Origin: Octopus vulgaris
Lineage: Eukaryota
Assembly: GCA_951406725.2 (NCBI GenBank)
Contig: OX597818.1
Coordinates: 137,206,001 to 137,270,000, forward strand
Direction: 5' to 3'
DNA: 64,000 bases
The notes under the pieces were generated by a model. It searched no databases. It had not been told where the DNA came from and saw only the letters and a list, made by a program, of their open reading frames with translations. Every line of letters starts with the position of its first letter. The first letter of the stretch is position 1. This document shows positions 28,419 to 43,360 of the stretch, piece after piece. Made by a program: the position numbers and the translations under genes.

Positions 28419-28982
28419 TTGGGTTGTCCGGAAAGTTCGTGCCGATTTATTGCCTACCTTTCGACTTATTTTATAGAACATGGTTGGTTCCATAAAATAG
28501 GATTTGACTACATCTCCATTTAGAGTACAATTTAAGCTATCTTTTCGTGGAAGAAGGTTTACGTTCCTATAACCTGTTTCAATTCTGTAACCCTTTAAAA
28601 TGGAAGATAAGAAAGTTTATTTTCGGCACTTGATGCTTTCGGAACCAGATAAAAATTGTTGGAGCTCGGCTGGGATGTGTTACCTCACCCTCTATTTTCA
28701 CCAGATATTGCTCCTTCGGATTTCCACTTATTCAGGTCTCTGCAGAATAGTCTAAATGGTAAAAATTTCAATTCCTTGGATGACGTAAAAAGATACCTTG
28801 ATGAATTCTTTGCCATGAAACCACCTCACTTCTGGAAGAGGGTATTTTCAAGTTAAAAGAAAGATGGAGACGCAGTGTGCAACAAAATGGTTCATATTTG
28901 GTTGATTAAAAATGTAATGGCAAGTATTTATTGACCTTTTTCTTTCCTTTAAAAATCGGCGCGAACTTTCCGGACAACCCAA
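28419..28982 (+). mobile_element. Internally deleted mariner (Tc1/mariner DD34D) element inserted in an old SINE C
   Basis: ~30-bp TIRs ttgggttgtccggaaagttcg(t/c)gccgattt; TA TSDs; N-terminus MEDKKVYFRHLML fused to LELGWDVLPHPLFSPDIAPSDFHLF. Confidence 0.93.
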
Positions 28983-29706
28983 TACAATTCAAGTTCTGGG
29001 ATCGATGGTATCGGATATCCCATCTACTGACCCTGTGCCTTAATTAAAAACAGTTGCTTTAATAACATTCAGTAATATAGAGGAACGCACCGACTCACAC
29101 CAATTATTATTCAACCACATTGTTTTTATATGTGCTTGTTATAAATTACTATGTTGTACAATATTGTGTTAGTCTGTGTTTTGCTGTAATATGCTGCATG
29201 GTTAATTATTATTGTTGTCATCCTATTTTACAGTATTTAACAAAATTCGTATTTCACTGTTTGTTGTATCATGTACTTCAATATATTTGCATAAGACCGT
29301 AATGTTTCAAATGTAAAACATTACTACCATGCTAGGGTATCATCTTAGTCGATCAACGAATACGAGCTTATTGGCGTTATGTATTTTGTCGATTAATATT
29401 TGTCGAACTATTAAGTCACGGAGTATAAACGGACAGAACATAACAGCGTGCTACTTATACGTCTCCATAATGTTTATCTGCGTCGATATATATATATGTC
29501 ACTCTAGCTTTATTGAGTTAAGTAGTGAAACAATACATGGAAAATCAGTAAGAAATAGCTTGTAATTTGATAACTTTCTTCAAATTACGCCATATATGTG
29601 CACAAATACATACATACATACATACATACATACATACATACATACATACATACATACATACATACATACATACATAAATACATACATACATACATACATA
29701 CATACA

Positions 29707-29736
<30 letters not shown>

Positions 29737-29737
<1 letters not shown>

Positions 29738-30040
29738 GAGTTGCGTTCAAAAAGTATGACTTTATTTTTGCCCACCAAAACTAATGCTTCATGAGCAACA
29801 TCTTTTGGGTGGGAGGTAACGCCACCCTTTCTGCATATCCGAGAAAGTCTTCACGCATGTGGGTTTCGTCAGTTCCAGGCTGTTACGTCTCGAGTACAGA
29901 CGTGTAGTTCGCGCTCGTCGGATTTTCACGCAAAATGACCAAACACATCGAGCAGGAACCATAAACCTATGTCTCATCACCAGTGATGTTGGTCTTGATG
30001 AAGTCTGGATCGTGGTTTGCATAGTCCAGCATCTTCTGAG
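29737..30040 (-). mobile_element. Mariner remnant
   Basis: Minus-strand DPDFIKTNITGDET motif; TIR-like gagttgcgttcaaaaagt at the left end. Confidence 0.6.
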
Positions 30041-30203
30041 TGATTTCCCGGATTTGTTGCATGTGTACTGCCAGTCTGTCCCTCAAGGTCAAATGACTTT
30101 GATCTATGTAGTCTCCATCACACCCACCACATTTGAGGACATACATTAAGTTCTCTGATGCCCAAGTGAAATGATTTTTGAGTAGCAATTTTAGGGATTG
30201 CAT
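30041..30203 (-). mobile_element. Penelope-like element GIY-YIG endonuclease fragment
   Basis: FTWASENLMYVLKCGGCDGDYIDQS..LRDRLAVHMQQIR matches NLIY..CxxC..YIGQT..L..R..H. Confidence 0.75.
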
Positions 30204-30289
30204 TTGTCTCTTGCTTTAAATAGTCCTTTGTGTTTACAGTGCTGTTTTCACTCGCCAGTCATTCATAAGAAGGGGTATGTTCTGCTGGA

Positions 30290-30510
30290 TGATGCTTGAA
30301 AGAATAAAATTCATCCTACAGAACAACTTCTTCAACTTCAACCAGTACACCTACAGGCAAAAATCGGGCACTGCAATGGGAACGAGGGTAGCCCATACTT
30401 TCGCTAACCCTCTCATGGCATACTTGGAAATCGTAATATACGAGCACGCAAGACTGAAATTTGGAGACAACTTCCAAAAGTACTTACTCACCAACTGGAA
30501 ATGCAACTCC
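30290..30510 (+). mobile_element. Penelope-like element reverse transcriptase fragment
   Basis: FILQNNFFNFNQYTYRQKSGTAMGTRVAHTFAN.LMAYLE, a PLE RT motif. Confidence 0.85.
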
Positions 30511-31177
30511 AAGTCACCATGCAATGACACCAGTCTGTAGACCAACGAAATTTTATCTCCAATTAGAACCGGACACTGAGGAAAAAAGCAAACTGACCCT
30601 TTAAGAGAATCAACCATTCCCTACAGGGAAGTCAACCAGGCAGAACACCAAACTTGACCACCAGTAAGAATAAGACGTCATCAGAATTATAACGAAACAA
30701 AAATTAGATCCGTTCACAGAAAAGCTTATAAGATGCACTCATTCCAAAACACTCCGTTACCAGCGAATAACCCTGTACGCGACGGAAATAAGAGTCACGC
30801 AAGATGACCTCTTTCTGTTTACTCTTTTGTTTTTTTAATCCATCTTTCTTTATTTTTCTCTCAGTATGACCTAACTTTTGGTGATTCACATCTTTTATAT
30901 TCTTCGCCGATCATTTTTGATATTTTTGAATTTTGTGAACGTTTAATAATTTAAATAGGTTTTCTACTTGGCAATTTTAAGTTTTTATAATCCCGTACGT
31001 TTATACAATTGATAGGCAAAAAATTGTTGAAACTAGTTTGGTATCTATGCAAATAAATTTATTTAAAAACAATTACAAGGTTTTCAAATTCAGATGCATT
31101 TTCAAAAACAAATTCTCTTAAAATTTTTCCTGCATGTAAATACAGCACTTTTTTCCATACATACATACATACGTACA

Positions 31178-31242
<65 letters not shown>

Positions 31243-31970
31243 TTGTATATTTATACACACACACATATATATATATATGTGTGTGTACACACATATATAT
31301 ATATATGTGTGTGTATATAAATATATATGTATGTGTGTATGTATTTATGTTTGTACATATATGTGTATATGTATTAAGAGAAAGAGGGAGAAGGTCGTAA
31401 TATTATAAACAAATTTAGTAAATACAGGTAACAAATATATAAAAATATAAGGAGAATAAGTAGGAGACAGTTGACGGTGTATGAGAGGGGGAGGTGCGAA
31501 GGAATAGAGAAAATTATACCACATAAGGAGTTGGTGGATGGGGGGGGGGGATGAAAAGGAGGAGACAACTGGGAGACTGTTAGAAGGAGTAAGTGGTGAG
31601 AGCGAACTCAAAATACAAGAGAAAGATTGAATGTAAGCAAATCTCATAATTTCGTGGAGGTTATGGTGGAGCCGTATTAGGAGTGTGCGGAGAGATAATG
31701 GAGAATGGAGTATGGAAGCCATTTTATGGAATCCGTCCAAATAAAATTCATTACAGGAAATTTCGCGTCATTTTTAATCGACGGAAACATACGTAAGCGA
31801 AAAGAAGTTGTTGTTTGCGAAATAATCACTCATCGTGGTTGGTGTGTTCCTCTCATACCCATCTAATTTCATCGTTACATTTGCGCGCGCGCGCGCGTGT
31901 GTGTGGTTGTTTATGTGTGTGTTTCTATATATATATATATATTTGCTTGTGTGTGTGTTTGTTTATGTGT

Positions 31971-32025
<55 letters not shown>

Positions 32026-32076
32026 TATGCATATATATATATATATTTATATATATTTATATATAATTTCATATGA

Positions 32077-32123
<47 letters not shown>

Positions 32124-32396
32124 TACATATATATGCATATATATATTTATATACATATATATGCATATATATATTTATATATATATACATATATATACAT
32201 ATATATGCATATATATATATTTATATATATTTATATATAATTTCATATGAATATATATATATATATATATATATAAATAGTATCATGCAAAAATGTATAT
32301 GAATAAATGCATTATAGAAATATTGTATTTTAATGTTTATATGTGTGTGTGTGCATGTATGTACAAAAAACACGTACATTAACACACACAAACACT

Positions 32397-32445
<49 letters not shown>

Positions 32446-32604
32446 ACACACACACACACAAAAATACACATGTCTGACCTCTTCCAGATCATGAACTCTT
32501 ATTTTAAGATACCAGCAGAAATATTTGTAGCGTTGCTATCATTTTTTATATAGCTTTTTGTTACAATTGTCGCTGTTATTGCCACTGTCGTTATAGTCAT
32601 ATGG

Positions 32605-32701
<97 letters not shown>

Positions 32702-32952
32702 CGTTGTTGTTGTTGTTGTTTTCGTTGATATGTGTTGATCTGTAGTGATGGTTTCGTAAATATAGTTGCTCTTGGCTGTTAGGAATTCGGAAGTTCCACA
32801 CAGAAATGACATATATACGTCCATGACAGTAATGTTATCCACTATTTTGCTATTTTGTCGTATCTACTTTCGTTTCATTCTTTCTTTATTTTGTTCCCCT
32901 AAACTCGACATAAACCTACGAATGAATATATATTGTATGTATATATATGTAT

Positions 32953-32987
<35 letters not shown>

Positions 32988-33063
32988 GGTATATGTATAG
33001 TTATATATATATACATATACATTTATCTATCTACCTCTCTCTCTATATATATCTAAATCTATA

Positions 33064-33133
<70 letters not shown>

Positions 33134-33252
33134 ATATATATATGTATATATATACTATATATGTATATATATATATATATATATTATATATGTATATATG
33201 TGTATATTATATAATATATATATATGTATATATATATATTATATATATATGT

Positions 33253-33283
<31 letters not shown>

Positions 33284-33310
33284 GTATATATGTATAGAGA
33301 TATATTATAC

Positions 33311-33391
<81 letters not shown>

Positions 33392-34022
33392 TGTATGTAT
33401 GTATGTATGTATGTATGGCTTTTCTTCTGTTGGATGATAAATCATACTAGGGTTACAAAATTAACCTGTTTATAGTTTTAAAGATAAACTCCGCAAATTA
33501 TACTCTGCTAAGACAGATAGTAGGACAATCGCATAAGCAGTTATGCATATGTCATGAAACAAATATTTATTACTTAAGAACAAACGGAAAAAAATACACA
33601 CATATAATATAGAACGTAAGATAATTAGCTTACAAAAAAAAAACAGCAAAAAAGATTTGTCATAGACATAGAAACATTTCGTAATTTCAACATCGAATCT
33701 GTGTGTAAAAGAAAAAAATTGCTAATAACATATACAGTAAAACGTATTGAGAAATTGTTATTTCTAATAATGTAAAAAAATTCCCTAAATGTAGTATGAT
33801 GGAAGAGTTTTATGCCAACTTTTGTTTCAGGTGTGCAGCACAAAATTGAATCAAGCGAGATATTGTTGGCACTGAATTGTCGCAGCTCAATTACAACTAT
33901 CACCGTGATTTGTTTTTGCTGATGTAATGTTTTATATATGTACACACAAACACACAAATGTATATGGGTATATATATGTATGCATATATGTGTGTGTGTG
34001 TATGTATCTCTCTCTCTCTCTC

Positions 34023-34075
<53 letters not shown>

Positions 34076-34139
34076 ACATATAAAAGGTACGATGGGGAAA
34101 TTGTCACAATTATATATTTTTAATTTCGCGCGTGCGCAT

Positions 34140-34940
34140 TGTTTTCTTTTAATTATGTAGACTACACAGAATAGTAGGGTCAGTAAGAAAAACAGCAGCA
34201 TGATGCAATTCACTCTGCTAGAAATTTGGAAACGACATATTGTACTGCTTGGCATTCGCACTAGGAGTTCCAATACGAACATTTCAGAGTGTTTGGGTGT
34301 CAATCTGAGGACATTTACCGAGAGGGATAAAATGCAAGCATCTAGGCAATATCATTGTGTTTGTAGTGATCACTAGTGATGGCGACATTATGCCTCTATG
34401 AATCTTGCCACACAGCCTCAAACTCAATACGGAGGAATACATCAAGTGCCTGGAGGAGGTAGTGCTGCCCTGGGTCAAGAGTGTGGCTGCTGGAAGACGC
34501 TATGTCTGGCCACAGGACTGTGCACCAAGCCACACAAGCAAGAGAACCCAGTCATGGCTCTCAGACAATTTCTGCGACCCCATTACCCCAAATATCAGGC
34601 CATCTAACTCCCCAGACTGTAACCCTCTTGATTGTTATGTGTGTGGTACACTTGAGCGAGGGACCAACCAAACTCTTTGTCACACCAAAGGTGAACTGAA
34701 AGCAACGATTATGGCAGCATTCACCAGTTTAAACGAGAAGATCATCCAGAAGAGTTGCAGGATATTCCGAAGTCGTCTGGAGGCCGTGGTTGAAGACAAT
34801 GGCAATTTTATTGAATAAATTTACTCTTTAATATTTCCCGATATTTTTATGTAATTTTGGTAAATATATGTTAAAATGAGATGTCAGTGTTATTCTCGTT
34901 TTAGCGTTATTTAGCCGACAGTTTATGTATCACACCCTGT
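34140..34940 (+). mobile_element. Internally deleted Tc1/mariner-superfamily (maT/DD37D-like) transposon
   Basis: ORF 34405-34818 with QDCAPSH...PSNSPDCNPLD...RLEAVVEDNGNFIE; HTH-like N-terminal piece at ~34200; right end cacaccctgt. Confidence 0.85.
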
Positions 34941-35030
34941 TCGAACCCTTAAATGGATAAAGATGTAGCTGTCTTGTGCATGTGTTTTAGGTACGTATTT
35001 GCAACTTCATAATTATTCATTAATTAGCGA

Positions 35031-35089
35031 TTTAGCTGACGAGCTACAGATTCCAAATTAGTTTATTTGGCAATTAATAGCGAAACACG
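35031..35089 (+). ncRNA. Degenerate hammerhead-like motif (3' part lost)
   Basis: CTGACGA-gcta...tagc-GAAAcacg with an internal ccaaat/atttgg hairpin; no NUH or stem I partner. Confidence 0.35.
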
Positions 35090-35206
35090 AGGTGGGGATA
35101 TAACATACGTACATAAGCACATGTCTAGACGTGCAACTATATATATATGAATATACATACATAGAAGAAAATCTAACAGATCTGCAGACGCAATGATTCG
35201 AAATAC

Positions 35207-35288
<82 letters not shown>

Positions 35289-36064
35289 ACACACACACAC
35301 ACCGATATATGCACAACTACTGAAGAAGCCTTGGGGCTATATCAAAATCCTATTTTTTCTCCATAGGCCATAAAAAAATCCATAGATCTTGAAATAATAA
35401 TATGCATACATATATGTATGTGTTCGTATATGCCTGGGTATATGTGTGCTCATGTAGGTGCATCTGTATATGTGTGAGGCTATGTATGCTTAACATGACT
35501 TTTACATACTTATATTCTGTGTGCGTGTGTGTTAAAAATGCTATATATATATATCAACTAATATCTTTACATCATTGCATTGCACTGTTGTTATGATAAT
35601 TAATAATCAGTTATTAACCTACCATTAAATTAATAACATTATATTTGTCTCCAATTTGTTTATATTTATTACAAAAGAAATTTAAACGGCCTCTCCATTT
35701 CTAAACTTCGGCAGCTGAAAGGCAGGGCAAGCGATCACTGATAACTATTTAATGAGAACGAAACTTGTCGCTCTCAGCTCCATTTAGAATATTCATGTGG
35801 TTTATCCGTTAGATATCTACTCGGAGAAAATGTATATATATAATTGATATTGAATAAGATTCTTGTGTGTGTGTGCTTGTATGTGTCTGTCTGCACTTAA
35901 ATATGTATATATGTATGTGTATATGTGTATATGTCCATATCTATTTCTATCTCACTATATTTATATGCCTCTATATATGTGTGGGTGTTTGTATATGTGA
36001 ATATACGTGTAGGTATATATGCGTATGCATATACATGGATATATAGATAAATATGTTTGTATTC

Positions 36065-36102
<38 letters not shown>

Positions 36103-36291
36103 GTGTATGTGTTTGTATGTGTCTGTATGTGTGTCTATGCACGTGCGTATATATATTATATATATACCTAATATATCTTAGGGGCAAAAGTTCTCTAAAC
36201 TGATCAATATGAACGCATACACACACAAACATATGTTTATACATATATATATACATACATATATATATATATAAATCTATCTATCTATCTT

Positions 36292-36340
<49 letters not shown>

Positions 36341-36365
36341 ATCTGTATACATATATATATATATA

Positions 36366-36482
<117 letters not shown>

Positions 36483-37054
36483 CATAACTACATGTATGTA
36501 TTCGTGGGTGCTCGTGCATGCATACGTATATGTTTGTGTATTTGTTTTCGACCGAACAAAACTCATAGGTTGTTAGTGAAATTACTAATCAGCTGCTCAA
36601 CCTTGGCAATAGTCCACAGAGATTTCCTCTCTGCTAATTCCATTGCTGTTTTCCCATTAAGCTGATCATCCAACCACAAATAATGAGGCTTGATCTCTCC
36701 TCCTCCTGTTTTTGCTCTTCCTCCTCCCCCTCCTTCTCCACCTCCTACATTACGTTGGCAAATTAATGAAAATAACGAAACGCAATTCTTGAAACCACCA
36801 CCTAATGAAAGAAATCCCCTGTGGTCGATCAACATCTGTAATGTCTATTTCAGCAGAGGAAGGGCATTGTCCGTGAAGTTTTTACAGGAAATTTGGGAGA
36901 CTTGGCCAAAACAAATGCAATAGGCTGGACTCTGCTGAAGGCGCCCAAGGCGGTGGTGTTGAACCGGATGTCCGATTTAGTAAACCACTTAAAAAATATT
37001 AATCAAATGTCCAATAATCTAGTTCTGTTATCTTTATTTATTATTTTTATCTTT

Positions 37055-37259
37055 TACTTGTTTCAGTCATTAGAGAGCGGCCATGCTGAGGCACCGCCTT
37101 GAAGAATTTCAGTCGAACAAATCGACACCAGTTCTTATTTAGTTTAAGCCTAGTACTTATTCTATCGGGCTCTATTGCTGAACCACTAAGCTACGGGAAT
37201 GTAAACAAACCAACAACGGTTGTCACAAAGATACACGCACACATACATGCTATGTACAT

Positions 37260-37311
<52 letters not shown>

Positions 37312-37450
37312 GAAGGTATTCTTTCAGTTTCCGTCTGCCAAATCCACTCCCAAGGCTTTGGTCCCCCCCCGAGGCTATAGTAGAAGACACTTACCCAAAA
37401 TGCCATGCAGTGGGACTGAACTTGGAACAATATGGTTGGGAAGCAAACGT
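37055..37450 (-). mobile_element. SINE family B
   Basis: Reverse-complement match to 4452-4869. Confidence 0.85.
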
Positions 37451-37799
37451 TTCATAATATAGCCATGCCTGTGTCTGTTACAGATTTAAAAAAAATAAGC
37501 GTTGGCGTTGTTCCGCACCAGCCACCGTCATCAGCGGCATCACGCGCACGTGGTCCGCTAGTGGCTCGTCGGCGGGCTGGTTTGGTGTCGAGGTGTCGAG
37601 CGCAGTTACGACGATGAAAATCGCCACTTCCGTAGTTTCCTTATTATCTTGTATTAGATATTTCATGTCTTCATTAAAGATGGGATGGTCATCTTAGTGT
37701 ACAAGTCTGTGCAATCAAGGTTGACCCCAGAAAAAAACCCACAACCACCACTACCATCACCACCACCACCAACAACAACAATAATAGCCTAATCACGAA

Positions 37800-38250
37800 G
37801 GCATTTTGGCCTCGCTCTCTCTCTCTGTTAGAAATAGCAGACACATTATTAGTCCAAGACATATTTAACTACCATGAACAAAGGAAGTCCAGATTAGATA
37901 TTGTAGTCTTTAATGCATTATCTGAAAGATAAGATGTTTATAACTGTGACGCGTTGATCATATGTCTGCCTCGTTAGGTCTGTCCTGGAGCTAAACAATT
38001 ACAATAGCACTCATGATAGAACGAGTCAAATGGCAAAAAGAGATCCTATACGAGGTCATTAGACATGCTAGAGAAAGCAGCTAAATCCCGTTGAAATTAC
38101 ACCGACCCATACCCGTCTTTAAAAAAAAAATCCATTGGATAATGAAGACAACTGCCAGTAAAAAGGATAAAAACATTGGAAAGTTTAGACCTCAGTAGGG
38201 ATGGTCACGGTCAGAACTACTTAAACATAAATTTGGATATGACTGATTAT
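37800..38250 (+). repeat. Old dispersed repeat family in tandem fragments (also at 53510-54100)
   Basis: Recurring motifs tagaaatagcag..., gatggtca.ggt.agaa..., gctaaacaa. Confidence 0.5.
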
Positions 38251-38645
38251 GGCGCAGGAGTGGCTGTGTGGTAAGTAGCTTGTTTACCAACCACATGGTT
38301 CCGGGTTCAGTCCCACTGCGTGGCACCTTGGGCAAGTGTCTTCTACTATAGCCTCTATATAGATTTGGTTGACGGAAACTGAAAAGAGGCCCGTCGTATA
38401 TATGTATATGTATATATGTATGTGTGTGTTTGTATGTCTGTGTTTGTCCCCCTAGCATTGATTGACAACCGATGCTGGTGTGTTTATGTCCCTGTTACTT
38501 AGCGGTTCGGCAAAAGAGACCGATAGAATAAGTACTGGGCTCACAAAAGAATAAGTCCCGGGGTCGACTTGCTCGATTAAAGGCGGTGCTCCAGCATGGC
38601 CGCAGTCAAATGACTGAAACAAGTAAAAGAGTAAAGAGTAAAGAG
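38251..38645 (+). mobile_element. SINE family B, young
   Basis: High identity to 4452-4869 and 51293-51720. Confidence 0.92.
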
Positions 38646-39344
38646 ATTATATTCCAAGCATAACCTAACCAGAACTGCATTAGCATTAGGTAGGTCTGTT
38701 TTCTTTTTCAAAGACAGAAAGAGGTGGTTTTAGGTTGGATTTTTCGATCCATCTATGATTATATTATATAACATGCCCTTCCTTTACTGTAAACGGTGAT
38801 TAAAGGAAAATTTGCTACACACACACACACACACGGGCGCGCATATGTAGCGCAATGACCCAATCATTTACACAATGTGCAGTTTCGTTCATACACAAGT
38901 GCATACAGTAATTGCTCCAGTTAAAAATGAAGTCTAAAAGCACCGTAATAAAATAGCTAGATGCACATACAACTGCATGTTACTCTTCTCCTTTAGCCCA
39001 ATATTAACATGGGTAAGATCCTGTAATACTTACAAACACTCGAAATCTGTTAATAGTTTTCTTGTCTTTGTGTATATCTGATATTCATCGGCCTTTTAAA
39101 TTGTTTACAAATATGACATCTGTTGTTTCATTTCTAGTATCGTTTCTGGATCGACAACGTGAAACTCCCAATTGCAATTCGAGAAATTTTAGCGTAAGAT
39201 AAATTAAATTATATTACTCTACGTCATTTACATTAGTATTGGGATGCATTAGACTTATGTGTGCGTGTGTATGTGCACATATATATATAAATATATGTAT
39301 TTATATATGTGTGTATGTATGAATGTATGTATGTGTATATATAC

Positions 39345-39478
39345 AGGAGTGATTGCGTGATAAGAGGCTTCCTTCCCAACCAAATGGTTCCGGGTTAAGC
39401 CCCACTGCGTGGCATTGGCATCTTGGGCAAGTGTCTTCTACTATAGCCTCGCACCGACCAAACTTAAAGAAGCCCGTC

Positions 39479-39545
<67 letters not shown>

Positions 39546-39775
39546 TATGTATGTGTGTATGTATGTACTTGTGTGTCTGTGTTTGTCCCCACCACCATCG
39601 CTTGAAAACCGATGTTGGTATGTTTACGCCCCGTAAATTAGCGGTTCGACAATAGAGACCGATGGAATAAGTACTAGGCTTATAAATAATAAGTCTTCGG
39701 GTCGATTTGTTCGACTAAAAACGGTGCTTCAAAATGGACGCAGCCAAATGACTGAAACAAGTAATAGAGTAAGAG
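39345..39775 (+). mobile_element. SINE family B
   Basis: Colinear match with an expanded internal (TA)n. Confidence 0.85.
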
Positions 39776-39789
39776 AATATATGTGTGTG

Positions 39790-39847
<58 letters not shown>

Positions 39848-39848
<1 letters not shown>

Positions 39849-40230
39849 AAGCAAAACCCCACCCGTCCAATGGACGGTGCTGAGTTGTCAAACATTTAAA
39901 CCAAACTTTATCAAAACAACTTGTCCGACCATCCCATTTTGTGGTATTATTTCAAGCCAGCCGGCTTTTTTTGCGCAAACTGCACGTGCATTTTTCTTGC
40001 GTACGCGTAGTATCGATCGCAACATCTGATGTACTTGCGCGTACAAATGCACGTTCCCACGACTTTATCGATCGCATTCTCACCTGGAATCAATTTTTGC
40101 AATTTTTTCAAGATTATAGACGCCCTGATACAGTCGGTATCTACACATGAAATTTGAGCGCAATCGGATGGCGGATGCCCGAGGTCCTAGAAGACACACA
40201 CACACAGAACGGATTTTATATAATATATAT
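39848..40230 (-). mobile_element. Putative non-autonomous Helitron (second family)
   Basis: Subterminal hairpin ccgtccaatggacgg; other end gaaattt..gcaatcgg...(ca)n..ttttatata has the same layout as 15664-16058. Confidence 0.5.
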
Positions 40231-40236
40231 ACGCAC

Positions 40237-40271
<35 letters not shown>

Positions 40272-40326
40272 TCTGGTCGTCTTCGCTACGTAAGGTTGGT
40301 AGTTTATTTATGATGTGTTCAGAATC

Positions 40327-40384
40327 AGTTCTGCTGAGGATCATAAGACGCAAGTTGAATGTGAAATCACGGTGATACAGAACT
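40327..40384 (+). ncRNA. Type I hammerhead ribozyme candidate
   Basis: Stem I agttctg/cagaact (7 bp), CTGAGGA, weak stem II, GAAA, stem III tca-cgg-tga, cleavage triplet ATA. Confidence 0.6.
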
Positions 40385-41361
40385 AAATTCATTTTTTTAA
40401 ATGTCTTGCTTTGAAAAACTGCATTTGGGTATGATTAGTATAATTTTGGTAGTAATGACTTAGTCCCTCTTAGTGTGAGGCATTTATGTGTAATAATGCC
40501 CTCTATACAATATAGATATATATATATATATATATAGACACATTCACGCACACATATTTATGTATGTATATACACCTTAAACATACTAATTTGCATTTAT
40601 GTAGAAAATTTGCATAATGTCAATTCAGTTTTCTGTTTATTTCAAGTTTGCACAGTTTTCATTTTTGCTGTTGATGTTATTGGTGTTTATGTTTTAGTTG
40701 CATAATATATACACGTACATACATGCATACACACACACACACACACATACACACACACATACACACACATACTTATACATATACATATATACAAATATAC
40801 ATACATACACATCTGTATTTGTGTCAATATCCTGAGGGACGGTTATCGTGGCTCACTCATTATAATAGTTATTGTAACCGTTACTATTTCAGTTGTTTGT
40901 CTACCTCTTAAAAAAAAAAACAGAAAAAAAAGATACGAATAACAACATCGAAATCCAGTACAGATGTTTTCCTCGTCTACGATCAATCACGTGACACGGA
41001 TTTAGTAATGGCGAATCTTTCCTTGTTTCTGGCATTTAAAAGAAAAAAAACAACCTTTTTCCTCATATCTTTTGCTGTAAATACGGAAAAGATTTTTGCT
41101 CTGAACTATAAACACGAAACTCAACAATTAACATGGATTTCCTTTTACTTTTTTCTTTTATTCCGTCTTCGTGAATTGTCTTTTTCTCGCTCTCTCACAC
41201 ATAACTCTCTTTTATTCTTTCTCTTTCCCTCTCATCTGTTTCTTCATCGAAACGTTTTTCTGGAATATTCTCAACCTAATCTAAAACAACATTTTCTTTC
41301 CCGTAATTCTCATGTAGTTTATTCCAGATGTTTCTAAAATGAGGGTGCTGGTTACTTGCGT

Positions 41362-42190
<829 letters not shown>

Positions 42191-42499
42191 TTGTTGTTTC
42201 TTACAATGTCGACTAAAAACAAGTAGCGACAGAAAAAAATTGAGAACAAGAGATGCAATCTTAACAGTCGCAAGAACAACAACGAACAGCGGGAATTACA
42301 ACAACAATGTCATCAGTGACCTTCGACTAAAGTAAACAATAATGACAACGACGACGACGACGACGATCATAACAACCTTTAACAATGACAGCCACAACAA
42401 CAATAACAATAACCACTTGATAATAATAACTCGATGAACGACAAACAGAAATAATTGCAAACATAATAGTAGCTGTATATTCACCATCGCTTTTATTAT

Positions 42500-42985
42500 T
42501 ACTAGCATCGTTATTATCAACATCATCTTCATCCTCGTGGTCGAGGTCGTGGTCGAGGTCGTGGTCGTCATCCTCATCATCAACACAATTATCCGTCGTT
42601 ATAGTCCTCCTCCTCCTCATCATCATCATTATAAACATCATCTTCATCCTCGTGGACGTGGCCTTGATCGTGGTCGAGGTCGTGGTCGTGGTCATGGCTA
42701 CAGTCGTCGTCATCATTACCATCAGCCATTGTCATAGTCATCACCATCCTCCTCCTCCTCCTCCTCCTCCTCCTCATCATCATCATCATCATTATCAACA
42801 TCATCTTCATCCACGTGGTTGTGGTCGTGGTCGTCATCAGCATCATCATCATCACCATCATCCATTGTCATAGTCATCACCATTCTCCTCCTCCTCCTCC
42901 TCCTCCTCCTCATTATAAACATCATCTTCATCCTCGTGGACGTGGCCGTGATCGTGGTCAAGGTTGCGGTCGTCGTGGTCGTAGG
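42500..42985. repeat. Higher-order repeat built of trinucleotide blocks
   Basis: Unit attat(a/c)aacatcatcttcatcc..cgtgg... occurs 4 times. Confidence 0.85.
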
Positions 42986-43315
42986 ATCGTATTTATTTTG
43001 TTCATGTGTTTATACCTACTTATTTTTTTATTCTTTCTTTTTTTTTTGCATTTAATTTAATATAATTTTGTTAACGTATATAGTTATTTAATTAAAAAAT
43101 ATTAAAATAATAAAAATAAAAGCAAATTAAACGAACGTGTATAAATAGAGGATACAGATATACAGACATTTCCCCCCCCCACACGCACTTACTAAACATA
43201 GACACACATAGGGGGATACGCATGTACAAATAAAGACACATACAATAGGAATACAAAATACAAAATGGCTGATCGTTAGTAAGGAAGACACATAAATAAG
43301 AAAGAAGTAAGCAAA

Positions 43316-43360
43316 GGACCACTGATGAGGTCACAGAAGTGTGACGAAAGAACTCTGGCC
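43316..43360 (+). ncRNA. Minimal type I hammerhead ribozyme candidate (PLE type)
   Basis: ggacca-CTGATGA-g-gtcaca GAAG tgtgac-GAAA-gaac-TC-tggcc. Confidence 0.65.
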
